Assembly: GCA_044892525.1 (NCBI GenBank)
Contig: CM097885.1
Span: 12,898,001-12,962,000 of the forward strand
Direction of reading: 5' to 3'
Source: Schmidtea polychroa
Lineage: Eukaryota
Length of the DNA: 64,000 nt
The notes below the pieces were generated by a model. The model saw nothing but the letters and a program-made list of their open reading frames with translations. It searched no databases and was not told where the DNA came from. Each line of letters begins with the position of its first letter. Position 1 is the first letter of the stretch. Of the stretch, positions 24,097-38,760 are shown piece by piece. A program made the translations under genes and the position numbers.

Positions 24097-26283
24097 CGTC
24101 AAAAAGTACAATATACCGAAAGTTTATTTGTTATTCCTATTGCTCTAGTATTTGATAAATAAAATTATTTAATTATGGAATTTATTTTAAATAATCATTT
24201 CAAGTACATAAATTTCCTAAAAATATAAACTACAAGGAGTCTTTAATAATTTATGAAATGGTTTTGTCATCTACCTTTATAGAAGTTAATATTTTCATAT
24301 GCTTATTAAAAGGAATCTTTATTGTTTTTTATATTATTTGCAATTTAAATATATCACACAAATTTTATTTTTTATTTTTAATTCTGAAAATATGTAATTT
24401 CTGTTTCACTGATCTGCCATTAGAAATGCGTTTTAGCTTTAAAAAATTGTTAAAAATTATTTTCATTAATTCATAATTAATTGAAGATTTTATGTTATTT
24501 CTTTTACACTGTTGTTATATTCCATTAATTAAATTATGTTAATATTTCTTATTATATTTTACAATATTTTCACATTGGTAAAATTTAAATGAGAAATATT
24601 TAATTCATTTTTAATGTAAGATTTTTTTTTATCTTTAATTTTTATAATTCTAAACAAGAAAAATATTCTATTTATATCCAATATATTTCGACGTCCACTT
24701 ATCATCACGAAGAAAAATACAGTATAAATTTTAAATTGCTTAGTCGAACAACTTATTAAAAAATCTTGAAAAATTTATAAACTAAATAATTAATTTTTTT
24801 AGAAAAATATTTTACATTTACATTACTTATACATGTAACATTTCAATTACAGTAATACAAACACAAAAACATTATTATTTGCATACATACTACTCTTTAA
24901 TCCCTTATTGTGCTCACCATTATTAATCAATTCCTGTAATCGACAGTGATTAAGAATATGGGGAGGGGGTAAGTCATTCCTATTTATGTGTCATTGCATT
25001 CATTAAATTTAAATTGATAAAAAAGATTATTTAATTGATAACTTTCACGATGGGTCTTTTTAAAATTTTATGATAATAAAAGAAGGGATGCAAAATTTCA
25101 GTAATTAAAAATAATTTTTTTTAAAAACATAAAGTAACGATATGAGTAATTAAATTATAATTTAATTTCTTTTGAAAAATTATTTTGTAATAAAAATGTA
25201 AGTTTTTCAAAAAGTATTAAAAATAATTTCATTATTGGGAAAAAAATTACAATAAATATCAATTAATTTTATATTAAATTATTATATAATAAATTACACT
25301 CGAACAACTAAGTAAAACCACTTGTTTTCAATAATAAAACAAATAGTTTTGAATTTGAATAAATAAATATTAATTAACTTTTATATTTATTTAATATTTT
25401 AAAATTAAAATAGATTTTAATTATATATTTCGTCATGTTTATATAAATTCCCATATTTATTTTATAAATTAATAAAAAAATTCCAACCCAGCTTGCATCA
25501 TTTTAATTATCTTTAATGTGCTCATTTAGAAATTATTCATAAAATTGTTTCCTGTTGACGGTTTTATAAAGATTATTTCCTTATTATAATGAATGCTCAA
25601 GAGCTCATAGAGGAATTATGTAAAACAATTAATTTCTTTCTCTGTTTATTTTATTCATTTAATTGATTATTATTTATAATATAGTTAAAATAATTTTCAT
25701 ATCTTGTTTTATTGTCTATTTGAAGACTAATTGAAAAAGCAAAATATGTAAAATCCTTCGTTTTTTCATCTTCACCATTAATTGAGAATAAAAGTTTTAG
25801 TTGCTAGATGATAATAAATCAATAAATCTTTAATGACCTCAAATATGTTAACAAATTTTTTTAAACCAATAAATTTTTGGCAATTAATTATAAATTAATT
25901 TTTAATTACCTTAATTGCTTGCGTATCACCCGCACCTAATAAATTTCAATAATTTCCATAAAAAATAAAATTCTTCGCGTATAATCCTCACTTAAAATAG
26001 AGTCAATACAATTTTTACCTATGAATGTACTTTAATATGCTGTCATACAAATGCTATATATTAATACATGCGTATACCCACCCATACAATAAAATTGACA
26101 ACCAACTGAATAACACCCCTTTTAAACTTGTGAAAAACACGTGTTATTGTTTACGAACTTTAATTCAAAACAAATATAAATTTTGTTAAATAATAAAATA
26201 ATAATTTAAAATAATATCGATTAGTTTTGAAAATGTTCTATTTATATTATAAATGTTATGGATTTAAAATAAAAACAAACAAA

Positions 26284-26455
26284 AATGCCACCAAATGTAA
26301 GTTATATACCGCCAAATTCAAATTAAAAGTAGTGAAATATGCTGAAGAAAATGACAAAAGAAATGCGGGTCGTGAATATTGTGTGGATGAAAGTATTGTC
26401 AGATTGAAGAAAAAATAAGAATGTCTTATATGTGATGCCGAGGAAAACGTGCATT
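26284..26455 (+). pseudogene. pogo-family transposase N-terminal (Brinker-like HTH) remnant
   Basis: YTAKFKLKVVKYAEENDKRNAGREYCVDESIVR. Confidence 0.7.
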
Positions 26456-27578
26456 ACTTTAATCCGTTGAATTATCAAGGAATCATTTATAATCGAATAA
26501 TAGAGCTTTTAGACTTTCAATTTCAGAATACTTTTAACCTTATTTAAGTAGCGCCTTTCCAGTTTTTCGAACCAATTTCCTTAGAAAAAACTATTTTTAT
26601 CATATCAAGAAAGATATATTCTAAAACCTGCTGTCAAACTGTATTTGTTTTATTTATGAAGAAAAGACTTCAAATAAATTGTAACAAAATATTTCATTTA
26701 TGAAAATCATTAAAAGGATTTTTTTATATTTAATTATTTTTTTTATTATCAATTGAAGACCACTGATCAGAAATATTTTATTTACTGAAAGTTTTAACCT
26801 TCCTAAGACCAGCTCAAATATCTTACACGGAAGATCACATGGGATATATTTGTACCCCAATACTTTTTTACTGTCCTATTGCTAGTTTAAAGGTTTTAAA
26901 TAATTTTAACGTATAAAAATAAAATATATTCTATAAAATACAAATATATTAGAGAAACAAGTGTTTACAAAATGAACATTACTTATATTCTTATATATAG
27001 TAACACAACACTTATCACAAGTTTTGCTTATTATAATGCTAGTGGAATGTTATCTACACACAAATGCTGAACATTTATTACATATTTGTTGGCATTTGCG
27101 ATCAATTTTTACGAGTACAAAGTGAACACTTACCACTTGTACCAGCCGCAGCTATAACAAACTGGGGTAACATTTTACGCCAAGCAGATTCTTTACAATA
27201 AATGTAAACAAGATTCTTTTTTATTGTGATGAAATTGATGCAAAGTGATATTAAATGATCCGACTTGAAATAACTAAAGGGCGAATGCGGTTGATTCTAA
27301 TTTAACAGAAAATTTCAAAGAAATATGATGCAAGAGTACACAAATACCCCACTTGGCCTAAGGAAGAATAATAAAGAAAAAAATTAAACTTGATAAAATG
27401 ATAAATAGAAATTGTTTTATATTACAATGTTTAATTAAAAAAACTTTCATTTTTAAAGTGATCAAGACCTTTGACGTGTAATATCTCGCAGGCCACGGAA
27501 AGGTTAGTCGGAAATAAATCATCATATTTAACTTAAAATAGTACGAAACCAAGATTTAATTAAAGATTTATATCGTAG

Positions 27579-27821
27579 ACAGGTAACTGTGATGGTAACT
27601 CTTTGAAATGCTGGGTAAGAGATGTCAATAGACAATTGTCTGAAAGCAATATCAACGAAACATTTTATGCATTATTCGGAGTGAATGTTACATCAGATCA
27701 TCCATATATTCCTGCATGTTGTTCAGGTCTTACAATGGATATGCTATCGGAACTTATGAAGGACTTGGAATTTGAAGTTGATCTATTTGAAGTACCTGAT
27801 GGTAAATGGGGAGGATGGACT
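27579..27821 (+). CDS. Nmdar2: NMDA receptor GluN2-like subunit, exon (S1 loop 1)
   Basis: cgtAG / GTAAG; TGNCDGNSLKC...CCSGLTMDMLSELMKDLEFEVDLFEVPDGKWG. Confidence 0.93.
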
Positions 27822-27840
27822 GTAAGAATTATTATATATC

Positions 27841-27883
<43 letters not shown>

Positions 27884-27924
27884 ATTTTACATTTATTATT
27901 ATTATTATTATTATTAAATTTTAG

Positions 27925-28108
27925 CTTGATGGATGGAATGGTTTGGTAAAAGTCCTAAAGGATCATTCAGCTGACCTGGCCGTAACTTCTTTCAAAATTA
28001 CACCAAATAGAAGTGAACAAATAGATTTTAGTGTTCCGTTTCTACAAACTGGAATAGCAATTATTGTGGCGTTACGGGAAGGAGGGATATCACCTACCGC
28101 ATTTTTAG
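27925..28108 (+). CDS. Nmdar2: NMDA receptor GluN2-like subunit, exon (S1)
   Basis: tttAG / GT; WNGLV...ADLAVTSFKITPNRSEQIDFSVPFLQTGIAIIV...ISPTAFL. Confidence 0.95.
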
Positions 28109-28280
28109 GTTATTATTTTCAATTTTGTTAAATGTCTGAGAAATGAATCGGATTAAAAAATATTTATTAATATTTTATCTCATTTGTTTCCAGCCCAAAT
28201 TAAAAGTCTTTAAATTTTAATTTTTTAAGAATTTTAAAGACGAATCCTTTAAATAAATCCTTTAAATAAATCCTTTGAAT

Positions 28281-28515
28281 CAGTGTTTCCGACCTTCTTT
28301 ATACCATGACCCACTGGCTCCTTTGCAGTAGCTGTCAAACTTCGATAATCAGTATTGCCAGTGTGCAAAAATAACGGTCGATGAAATTGCTGTATGCACG
28401 TTGTTATATTTAGTCGTGAATGAGCATATTATGTTAAAAAACTATATGTGGAATAGTTCATAATTGCTGATGTGTCCCACCTCTGAGGTGTAATGTCTCA
28501 CCATGGGAAACACTG
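28281..28515. mobile_element. hAT-type MITE
   Basis: TIRs CAGTGTTTCC / GGAAACACTG; 8-bp TSD ctttgaat / ctttaaat. Confidence 0.75.
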
Positions 28516-29384
28516 CTTTAAATCCAGCCAAGTAGTAAATACTATCTTAGAATTTCTTTTCATTATTAAAGAGAAGCTTGACAAAATAAATATATAAAGA
28601 AATATCATAAAATGCATTTGATTTTAAATTTTAAACTTACTTCACATTAGGTAACAATATGTATTGCACTTTGACAATATATACTACGTGTATGTTTACA
28701 GCATATTTATCATTGTGTATCATTAGTATGAATGATAATCTATCAAACAAACAGACATTCATATATATTAACTATATAGATCTGCATAACATAATATAAA
28801 TATCAGGGCAATCAAATATCCCAATACAATAGTATCACATATGTAATATCTGATTGGTAAATAATTCGACGTAATTAGTCATATTTAAAAATTATTTACA
28901 ATAAAAATCCGTTGGAATGATAAATTCTGTCTCATAAAACCGTCTTATTTTATCTTTCGAAACAATTGAAACAGAAAATTCTCCACAAAATTCGATGGAA
29001 TGGAACTCTGTTTTGGGAATTATTTAATGGGAAAATATTGTCACTTGTAAAGAAAATGTATCCTAAACGTACTTTCGGAATTTTATTGATTTTTAAATGT
29101 GTGCAATGCTAATTTTTGAGATTTTAAAAATTACATTTAAATTGTTGCTATTTTAAAATTATTTTGGAGTTTTTAGGAATTGTAATTTTTTTATTTTTTC
29201 AAAATTTTACTTGAAATTATTGATTTTTAAATAAAATTTACTATTTTAACTAATGTTTCTCTGCATTTATTTGTGTGTATTTTTATGACTAAATAGATTT
29301 ATGAATAATAAATTTAACATAAATTTTCCTATGATTAAAAATATGCTATTTTATAAATAAATAAAAAATATAAATATAAATTTG

Positions 29385-30505
29385 CAGGGCCGTCTTAAGA
29401 AATTCAGCGCTTGTGGGCTACTAAAAATAATGAGTACTTCCGTGTTATCTTACCCCCAAAAATTAAATTATAAAATACAATTAAAATAACAATATAAAAA
29501 ATCAGAGAATACATTATTGTTGACGTTATTGAACATTATTGAACATGAATTTATTAAGCCTATCTGTGATTTATGTGATTATGTGATTATGTGAGTTTAT
29601 GTGGCGCAAACGTGTTCTAAGCAACAGTGCCGATGTGTTCGACACTATTCTCAACGACATTGTGATTTTCTGTCCACCTGGATGGCCATTTACAAACTCT
29701 TTACAAACATTTGCTGAGTTTGTAACTGTGATTTAGAAAATAAATATAATAATTATATGTGTTCTTTTTTAATTTAATTTTTGGGGGTATGATAACACGG
29801 AAGTACCAAATAATGCGCCCCTCTTCGTAAGAAAATTCTCAGAATTGCAAACAGGAGCGCGATGTCCTGCAAAGTTATACAAACGTGTCAGAACTAAATG
29901 AAATCAATTTATTATCTATTTACAAATCAAAAACATAAAATTGAATATAATAAAATTAAAAGACCTTTAAGAATAAAACATATTTAAACTTACCTTAGAA
30001 ATATAATTATATAATTTAATAATTTCACTTAATTCTCAACTTCCCATTCACCTTTCTCAGTCGACAAATACTAAAATTATATCAACTTTATTTTTGTAGT
30101 ATAATCTTTATTTGGGTACGCATCAGTAACCTGTTCCTATCTCTTATTAGGATTATTAAGATAATATAAAAACATACAGATAAAGAAATACACCCGGGTA
30201 TACTTAGCTCACATCTAAGTCATCTATCGAAGTTTATTGCATCATAAATTATTGTAATATCGTTTGTCATCCCAGCACATTTGAAAATAAAAATTAGTTA
30301 AATATTTTAAGAAATTGCTTTAATCTAAAAATACATGAAAAATAATAAAATGAAAAACGAATTTTTATAAAGCTAATAACTAAATGACTAATAACTAACA
30401 AACTAATAATAACAAAAAAACATACATCGCAAATAAAAATTGCCAGCCAAAAGGCTTGCGCCCTGTGGCTATAGCCCATTTAGCCATGTGATTAGGATGG
30501 CTCTA
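29385..30505. mobile_element. hAT-type non-autonomous element
   Basis: CAGGGCCGTCTTAA ... TTAGGATGGCTCTA; TSD taaatttg / tatatttg. Confidence 0.55.
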
Positions 30506-31747
30506 TATATTTGCAATATATTTTGACACATATTATCGTTCTTAATCGTTGTTAAAAATTAAATTTAATAAAAAATCATATTTGTCAGCTGACAAGTCTA
30601 TATATAAGCATGTGATATTAATTCAACAAAAATACATTAATATCAGTAAAATTAATTAAAATCTCTCAAAATACATGTCATTATAATATGTAGTACACTT
30701 ATTTTAGGGGTGAATAATTTATCATCAAAGTCTCTCACCTGAAACCAATGAATGACATTAAAAGTGGAAATATATATCTCGAAATATCATGTTTCATTAT
30801 ACTCAGTTTATTTACTGTTTTTATTCAATCAACCAAGCTCTTTAAATCGTATATAAAGTTAGTAGGATATGTGAGTTTTCTAACTCATTTCCAGTTGTTG
30901 AGCTTTCCTTAACAAAAGCTAATAATCCCAGTTAAAGATTTGTTATAACATGTTAATATCTTTTTCTAGTAAAAATTATAGGTTATTTGAAATTTATTTT
31001 TATTTAAAAATTTAAAATTTTTGGTTATTTGAACCCCAAAACAACATAAAGGTAAGTTTGAATATTTGCTATAATAAAAATGATTTATTATTTTCGAATT
31101 TTATCGAATATATTGCAGTGAATTACATATTAATTTGGACAAATTACATAATCTTGCCCACGTACCTTTTATTATTAACCAGATCAAGTCAATTTTTTAT
31201 TAAATAAGCTGCGAAAATCTGAAAGTTTTCATTATTTTAATTATTTTCTTTGGAATGCGATATTTCCTTTATGCTGATATCTAAAAATTCATGATGTATT
31301 TATTTTACTTTAAGTCAAATTATAAAATTTATTTCAAACTTAAAAACCGAAATATTTCGGTTAATGTTAAATGCAATCAAATTATTCAGAAAATATATTT
31401 TAATTGAATAGCGTTATGTATCAATATGCACCAATAACATTCACATATTTTTACATAATAACATTTTAAACACTTACAATAAGAAGTGATGATTTCTTGG
31501 TTGCAGTATTAATTAAATGCTAACCAATTAAATGCTAACCAATTAAATGATAACCAATTAAATTGAGCATTTTGTTGCAAATTAATATATTGAATAAAAT
31601 GAAATAATAAAAATAATCATTGTCAATAAGGATTAATTTTACAATTGAAAATTATTTCATTTTATTCAATATATTCTTTGCAATAAAAGGTTTATATAAT
31701 AAGAACAATAGTTTTGTAGTAATATGAGTTTGAAATTATATATATAT

Positions 31748-32797
31748 TAAGGATTGTGAATTTACCGGTTTTTTCATTTATCGGTAAATCGGAAATGAAA
31801 ATAAAATTACCGGTTTAGCGAGAAATTACCGGGAAATTTTTTTTTCTAAAGATAAAATAAAGTTGAAAAAAAAACAAGTTTAAATTTTTATTTCAAAAAT
31901 ATTATAAATCTATAAGTTTTATTATAAATCTAAACAATCTATAATAATATTTTAGAAACAAATAAAAATAAAGTAAAATAAATAATAATGACACAGAAAT
32001 AGCTTTATTAACTAATAGTTTCTATTTATTAACATTTTTTAAAAATTAGCTCCTCAAAAAACTAAAATTATTTAAAGTGATATCTCCTAATTTTGTTCCT
32101 ATTTCTGAATCAACACTTGTTGGACGAATTGTCATCAAATAATCATATACCATTTGAATATACTTTCATCGTATTTTCTCTCGGCGAAAGTATTCCAATT
32201 CTTTTTTCACTATATATTGCCATTTTTTTTGTTTTTTTGTTGTGGAACTGATCTTTTTTGGCATTCCGATTTTTGTTTTATCAGATCGTATAATTTCTGC
32301 TTTATAGGCATTTCTTCATTAATTGTAGAAGTGTCAATATTTTATTATCTGACTCTAAACCGTATCCAAATCAGTATGATTTACCTGAAACTGACTATCA
32401 ACAACAATAATCGAAAGTATATCCACAATACCTTAGATTATTGTTGCTTTTTTTGATATATGAAAAATATCGTAGTTTTCCTGATTCGAAAAATCCAAAT
32501 TAGGGTCTGTCAAATATTGCAGAACATGGAGTTACTCGATTTGGTAAGTGGCACGTTAATATCAAATGTAATAGCATAATAGTGAAATAAAAACTTACTT
32601 TAGCTTTCAAAACTCCCACAAAATACAAACAAATTAACATAGGAAATATGTAATATAACTCTTACTTTTAGGTATTTATAAATACGATATTTTACACATA
32701 AAAATTTCTAGTAAGAATTTTTAATTTACCGAATTTATCGAATTTACCAGTAAATTTACCGAGTGTTTTTTGCCAATTTACCGGTATGCAATCCCTA
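31748..32797 (-). mobile_element. Internally deleted hAT transposon
   Basis: TAAGGATTG / CAATCCCTA termini, subterminal TTACCGG repeats, atatatat flanks; minus-strand YDYLMTIRPTSVDSE matches the hAT dimerisation motif. Confidence 0.75.
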
Positions 32798-33838
32798 ATA
32801 TATATAGCTATAAAATATCGTGTTCAACAAAATGTAGGTTTCGAGAACTTCTGTATTTTTGCAAAAATTTCAAATATTCATCACATTGAAAAACTTTTCC
32901 AGGGACGACTTGATAATTGAAAGTAAGTTAAACATTTCACATATACCTACTAGACACGAATAAAATATTACAGTCACTACAAGGAAAGCGATTGACGAAA
33001 TCGAAAGATAAACTGTTGGATATGTTTATATTTATTGAGGATTTGTTATCGTTTGTGTCGTAATCCAAGATATATATTGAACCAAACAATGTCATCTTGA
33101 AAATCTATACTGGGGCAGTCCGGGTGTTTATGTAATGGAATATATACATTTAACAAAGAAACAAATAAAGTATATTTTAACAATGATACTTCCAATATTT
33201 GTAAAATATTTTTTCTAAAATTTCACATTTGCAAACTAGTGAATTATATTTATTTTATATTTGCTTCTCTCAGCACCTCTAGATTGGACATTAATAATCT
33301 TTACCATTATTAATAAATAAAAATTAATTTAAAAATAAAATTAATAAAAACAAACAAAATAAATATTTTTATGACAAATAAAATTCTAAAATGTTTTGTT
33401 ATCACAAATATCTTTCATAGTTAATGCATATAATTTTGTTGTTTAAATGATCAAATAATTCTGAAAATAAAATAAATGTCAATTCATTTAGAAACTAGAA
33501 AGTAAATGGAATAAATTATTCAAGTATAAATGAGAATAATTCGATCTGAAGTTACAGTTTAACATAATTTGTTTTAATTCATCATTATACTGTTTTTATT
33601 TTGGTGAACATTTTTATTTACATATTTTAACTTGGTAATTCAGTTAATTGGAATTACGAATGAAATTAAAATACATATGGATTCTGCTCGTCGTTTTTCT
33701 ATGGACTTATATAAATATAATATAATTATAAATTTGCCTTAAAATTATAATCAAAATATTATAGTTTTTAGAATATAAACCTAATTTTAAAATTAATTAA
33801 AAAATAAAAACCTAAAAAAAATTATGCAATGAGACGGG

Positions 33839-33898
<60 letters not shown>

Positions 33899-34119
33899 TA
33901 TTTAAAATTTTATGATTTTGTTTTCAAAAAAACATCGATATATATACTGATTCATAGGCAAGCCTTTTAATAAATACAATATTTAAAATTTATTGCCAGT
34001 TTTTATAAATAACTGTAGAATGCTCAATACAAACACACATTTTACATTTAATTTACACAGATTTAAACTTTGTGTCTTTACATCTTTTATCTCACAAATA
34101 AGCTTCTTCAAAATTTCCT

Positions 34120-34420
34120 TCCTGGATCTTGATTTATGCTTTTTTAAGAATTCTGGGTATTTTGTTATATAGAGCGTATAGGCATTATAAACAGCAATGC
34201 CAATTATATTGCAAAATATAACAACATTGCCATTGCTTAGATTTTCCTTTTGTGGTATGAAACTTGATCAAATGACCCCAGATTTGGTTCCGTTATAGCA
34301 AATGACTATTTTAGGTTTTCAATTTTCCTCTGCTACTTCTGACTAATGCTATGAGCTTAGCAAGATTTCATACTTTCTAGGTTTATCCGAATATGTTATA
34401 TCATCGTGATACAAAAACTT
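34120..34420 (-). pseudogene. piggyBac transposase C-terminal remnant
   Basis: Degenerate KPKIV..YN.TKSGV..DQ...TKRK..QW...IAVYNAY on the minus strand. Confidence 0.6.
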
Positions 34421-35267
34421 CGAACCATTTTCTCTTATTTTTTCATTTATTTAGGCTGGCAGAAATTTTATGGAATGTTCTACAATATTTATAATCAACT
34501 GATTTAAATAATTAAAACACAGTTATTGAAAAAATTTACCTTGGTGTTTATTTGACCCTTTAAAAACCACAGTTATTGTTAAATTATTTGTTACGTATTA
34601 TGTTATGTATTATGTATTACAGACAATCTTGTAGAGCCCAGCAGAGTCTCCTTTAAAAATATTGTCTCGGGACACCTGGGTGCTTGTGTGTTGATTTAAT
34701 TTAAATATTAAATATACATAAAATATAAAACTAATTTAAATTTACAAAGTTTATTTACAGAAAAAAAATATCATCCTTCGAATTTAAGAAATTGAATTGA
34801 ATGGAAAACTCTTTTTGAGGTGGAATAAAATAGAATGTATTGCAGTTGAGAGTAAACAATTGAGAGTAAACAGTTTGTATTCTATTTTATATCAGGGATT
34901 TTTGATAGGTTTTTGGAGGATTAGAGCTTTCTTATTATTTTATTTTCAGATGATTTTCTTCCAGAAGTTATTAATATTTTAAATTCTTATTGATTATTTA
35001 TTTTTTTAAATTCTCTATAGTAATAATTTAGTATAGAGAATTATCCTATATAGTTTTATTATATTGTTTTACCAACATAGTTAACAATAATAAAAATAAC
35101 AATTGCAAATCCTAATTACAAATAAAAAATTAACACCACACTAGAATAATTATAATTTGAAAGAGATCGTTATTTTCTCATAACACGACATACTTTGATC
35201 AAACGAAACATGCAAATAATCTAGTTGGATTACAAGGTCAGCTATAGAAATATTTGATGGAATTTCT

Positions 35268-35417
<150 letters not shown>

Positions 35418-38154
35418 TTGAAACACATCTGGGGTCTATTAGTGCATATTAGTACATTGATACATAACGCTATTCGATTAAAATGCATGCATAATTTGAT
35501 TTAATTTAACATTAGCCAAAATCTTTTTGTTTTAAAGTTAGAATTATATTTTATGTTTTGACTTACAAAATAAATCCAAAGAATATAATTAAAATAAAGA
35601 AACCTTTCAAAGCATATTTAATAAAAGAATGACTTCATGTGATTAACAATAAAATTTAATTATTTGTTCAAATTAATATATAATTCACTGCAATGTAGTC
35701 GATAAAATCCACAATTAATATAACAAAACAGTAAATAATTTGTATTAAAGCTTACATTTTTGTTGAAAATAATTTTTACATTACCACAGCGCTACACATT
35801 CAGATCGTGTGTGAGAAAATCATATTTCCGTATTTTTTGGCATTATGATTTTTTAGAAAGTAAAAATTAAAACATACTTTGAATGTTCATTAAAACAATA
35901 CAATTTTATTTATTGTAATTAAATTCACAAAACATTTTAATTTATATTCATAAAAATCTTAATTTATATAATTGCAGTTTATAAGTTATTTTGAAAATAA
36001 AACTTTCCTAGCTTTCATTCGCGAAAGTTTTATTCGCAATTCTTCAATATTTTAATCATTTACAATGTTGTATTTATTAAAAAGCTTGCCTATGAATCTG
36101 TAAATATGTCGATGTTGAAGGCAGTGCCGAAAATTTGTGAATATCAAAAACATCGATATATTTACTGATTCATAGTCAAGCTGATTAATAAATACAAGGT
36201 CAATTGAAAAGAAATCAGTGTTAAAATTTGAAAAAAGTTCTTATAATTTACAATGTTGTTTACAATTGAAATATTAGCTAAACTGTTCTATCTGTTTTGA
36301 GATTTACATTTTTTTATAATTATTAATTTTGAAAAGCGTCTCTCTGCACATGCAAATGTAATTGACAATGTAAAAAAATCCTTAATGCAACAGAAACATT
36401 TGCATAAATTTCAATTAATGCAAGTGCACTTTTTTCGACAGAAAAAGACTAGAACTGTTATTTTGAAAATAATTTTTAATTTTAATAAAATAAATTTAAA
36501 GTTTTGAGAGAAATTTTATAATTTGAACTTGTCAAAAAAAAATATCTATTAAAAACCGTTTCAAAAAAACAGGTATTATTTTCAATTATTATTATAATAA
36601 TCTTTAAATTTTTTAAAAATCACTTTTACATTAAAAATACACATAAATACATACAGAATAGTAGGAAATATCAAATATCCAAATTTGATTACATAATTTG
36701 TAAATAACGCTTTTTGCTTATGTATAATTACCGCCAGCACACGCTAACATCGTTTATAATGTTTTTGAAAAGTAAATTAAATGTACTTTGAAATGAATTA
36801 TTTTTCATAAAGTGCTATTCCAGGTTTAGGGAATGTTAGATGCTATAACATTCAATTCTTCTGTCATCAAATAAATACTAAGACTAAAGAAATCCAAAAT
36901 TATATTTTATTAAATCTGCTTATATAAACAAATATTCTTGGGACATTTTCTTTTTATACACTTTAATTTCAACCAAATATCAACATACCACATTCATACT
37001 TGAATTGTAATTTTATTAAAAATTATTTTATCTCAAATAATTTTTGTTTCACTTTTAATTTTACAATATTTAATCATGAAATAATTTTAATTTAACATTT
37101 TAATTTTAAATCCTCACAGGAAACATTTAATTATTTTTCTTTTAACATTGATATTATTCTTTGTAGGTTTCATTACAAATAAGTTTTAAGACAACATTAA
37201 GTGTTTAAAATCTGCCATTGCAGTGCCGACATTCCAATTTATAAATATATTAATTTAATAATTAAATTACACATATATTATTAAATTAAGTAAATAAAAT
37301 TAGGTTGTTTAAATATTCATTCTTCTTTCAAACCTCGCCACCTTTTTATTTCAAAATGTATATAAAACCATGGAATTTTATCTATTTGACAAAAGCATGT
37401 TTGCTCAGAAGATACGTAATTTCTAAAACCCAATAATCTCGTCACAAAGGCCACCGTTTTACTTCTATATTGATTTCATTATGGCATCAACATCTTTTTT
37501 CCAATTATTTATATACTTTTGCGCCATAAATATTAGAAGTTTTCTATTAATGAAATTATCAGATCGCATTACTAATCTCCAAACGAGCATCAGATCACCC
37601 CTGATTGGAGCTATACAAAATATAATTGGATCAATAATCACTCATTGATCTTGAAAGACAAATCAATTGTTTATGGTAAATTAATTTCGTCGGATATATA
37701 TATATATAGAAAGGCGCCCCAGGCAATACATATTTATGGTGCCCCTCTGTTTATGATGAAACTTAACATACACACCCTGTAAATTGTAGCAATGTAAACA
37801 TGTATTGCAAATGAAGATATTATAAACCTTGTATAAATTAAAAAAGTGACGATGAATCAGTAAACATATCGATGTTTTTGTTGATATCTTTACTGATTCA
37901 TAGTTAATTTTTAATAAATACAATGTCAATTGAAAAGAAACCAGAGGTAGCAGTATATCAGTTTTTTCAAACTTCTAAAAGTATGCAAATTTAAAATTTT
38001 TTTATATAAATAACTTTCAATAAAAAAATATAAATATATAATAAAACAATAAAGATAATAAAAATAACTGTCCTCACATTCATTCAATAATAACAATAAT
38101 AAAAAATAAACATAAAAGGTAAAAAATCAAAATAATTAAATATTAAAAATTATA

Positions 38155-38760
38155 GTGCGACTTTTTTTGCTTTAGTTTCAGCGAAATCGTCTATCATTAC
38201 ATTATAATTGACTTCGTTTGATTTTGTATTCTCTCTCCATAAAATTGTCAAGTTAGACAGGTTTTGTTGACTCATGGAATTTCTCAAATAGTTATTCACT
38301 CTTTTCATCACAGAAAACGATCACTCAGTAGAAGCGTTTGCAAGTGATATTGTTAGAAATATTTTTAATATGATTTCAACATTGGGAAAAGTTGAAACTA
38401 ATCCTCCATGGATTGGTACATTTCCAATGGTGTTAGCTAACGTTCTTCTTTGGCAAAATGCAGAAATTCTACCACTTCATCTTTGAATGCTTTCGTATCA
38501 ATATCCTCTTCAAATATTTTTTTTATATTTTCAGCGGAATCTTCTTTAAGAGTATGTTAACAAATATTGCAAAGGTTTTTTTAAATACATTTGTACAATT
38601 CTGTCCGTCGTTTTATTTCTGAAATTAAATTATCGCAAGTAATTTAAAAACAATCCATCAGAATGATTGTTTTTCTTTCAATGTTGTATCATTGTTTACA
38701 TTTTCATCATATAATGAAATTTTCTTTATTCTATGTGTACACTTTATTTTCAGCTAATAT
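38155..38760 (-). pseudogene. hAT transposase C-terminal dimerisation-domain remnant
   Basis: TFPNVEIILKIFLTISLANASTE*SFSVMKRVNNYLRNSMSQQNLSNLTIL...IDDFA. Confidence 0.8.
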
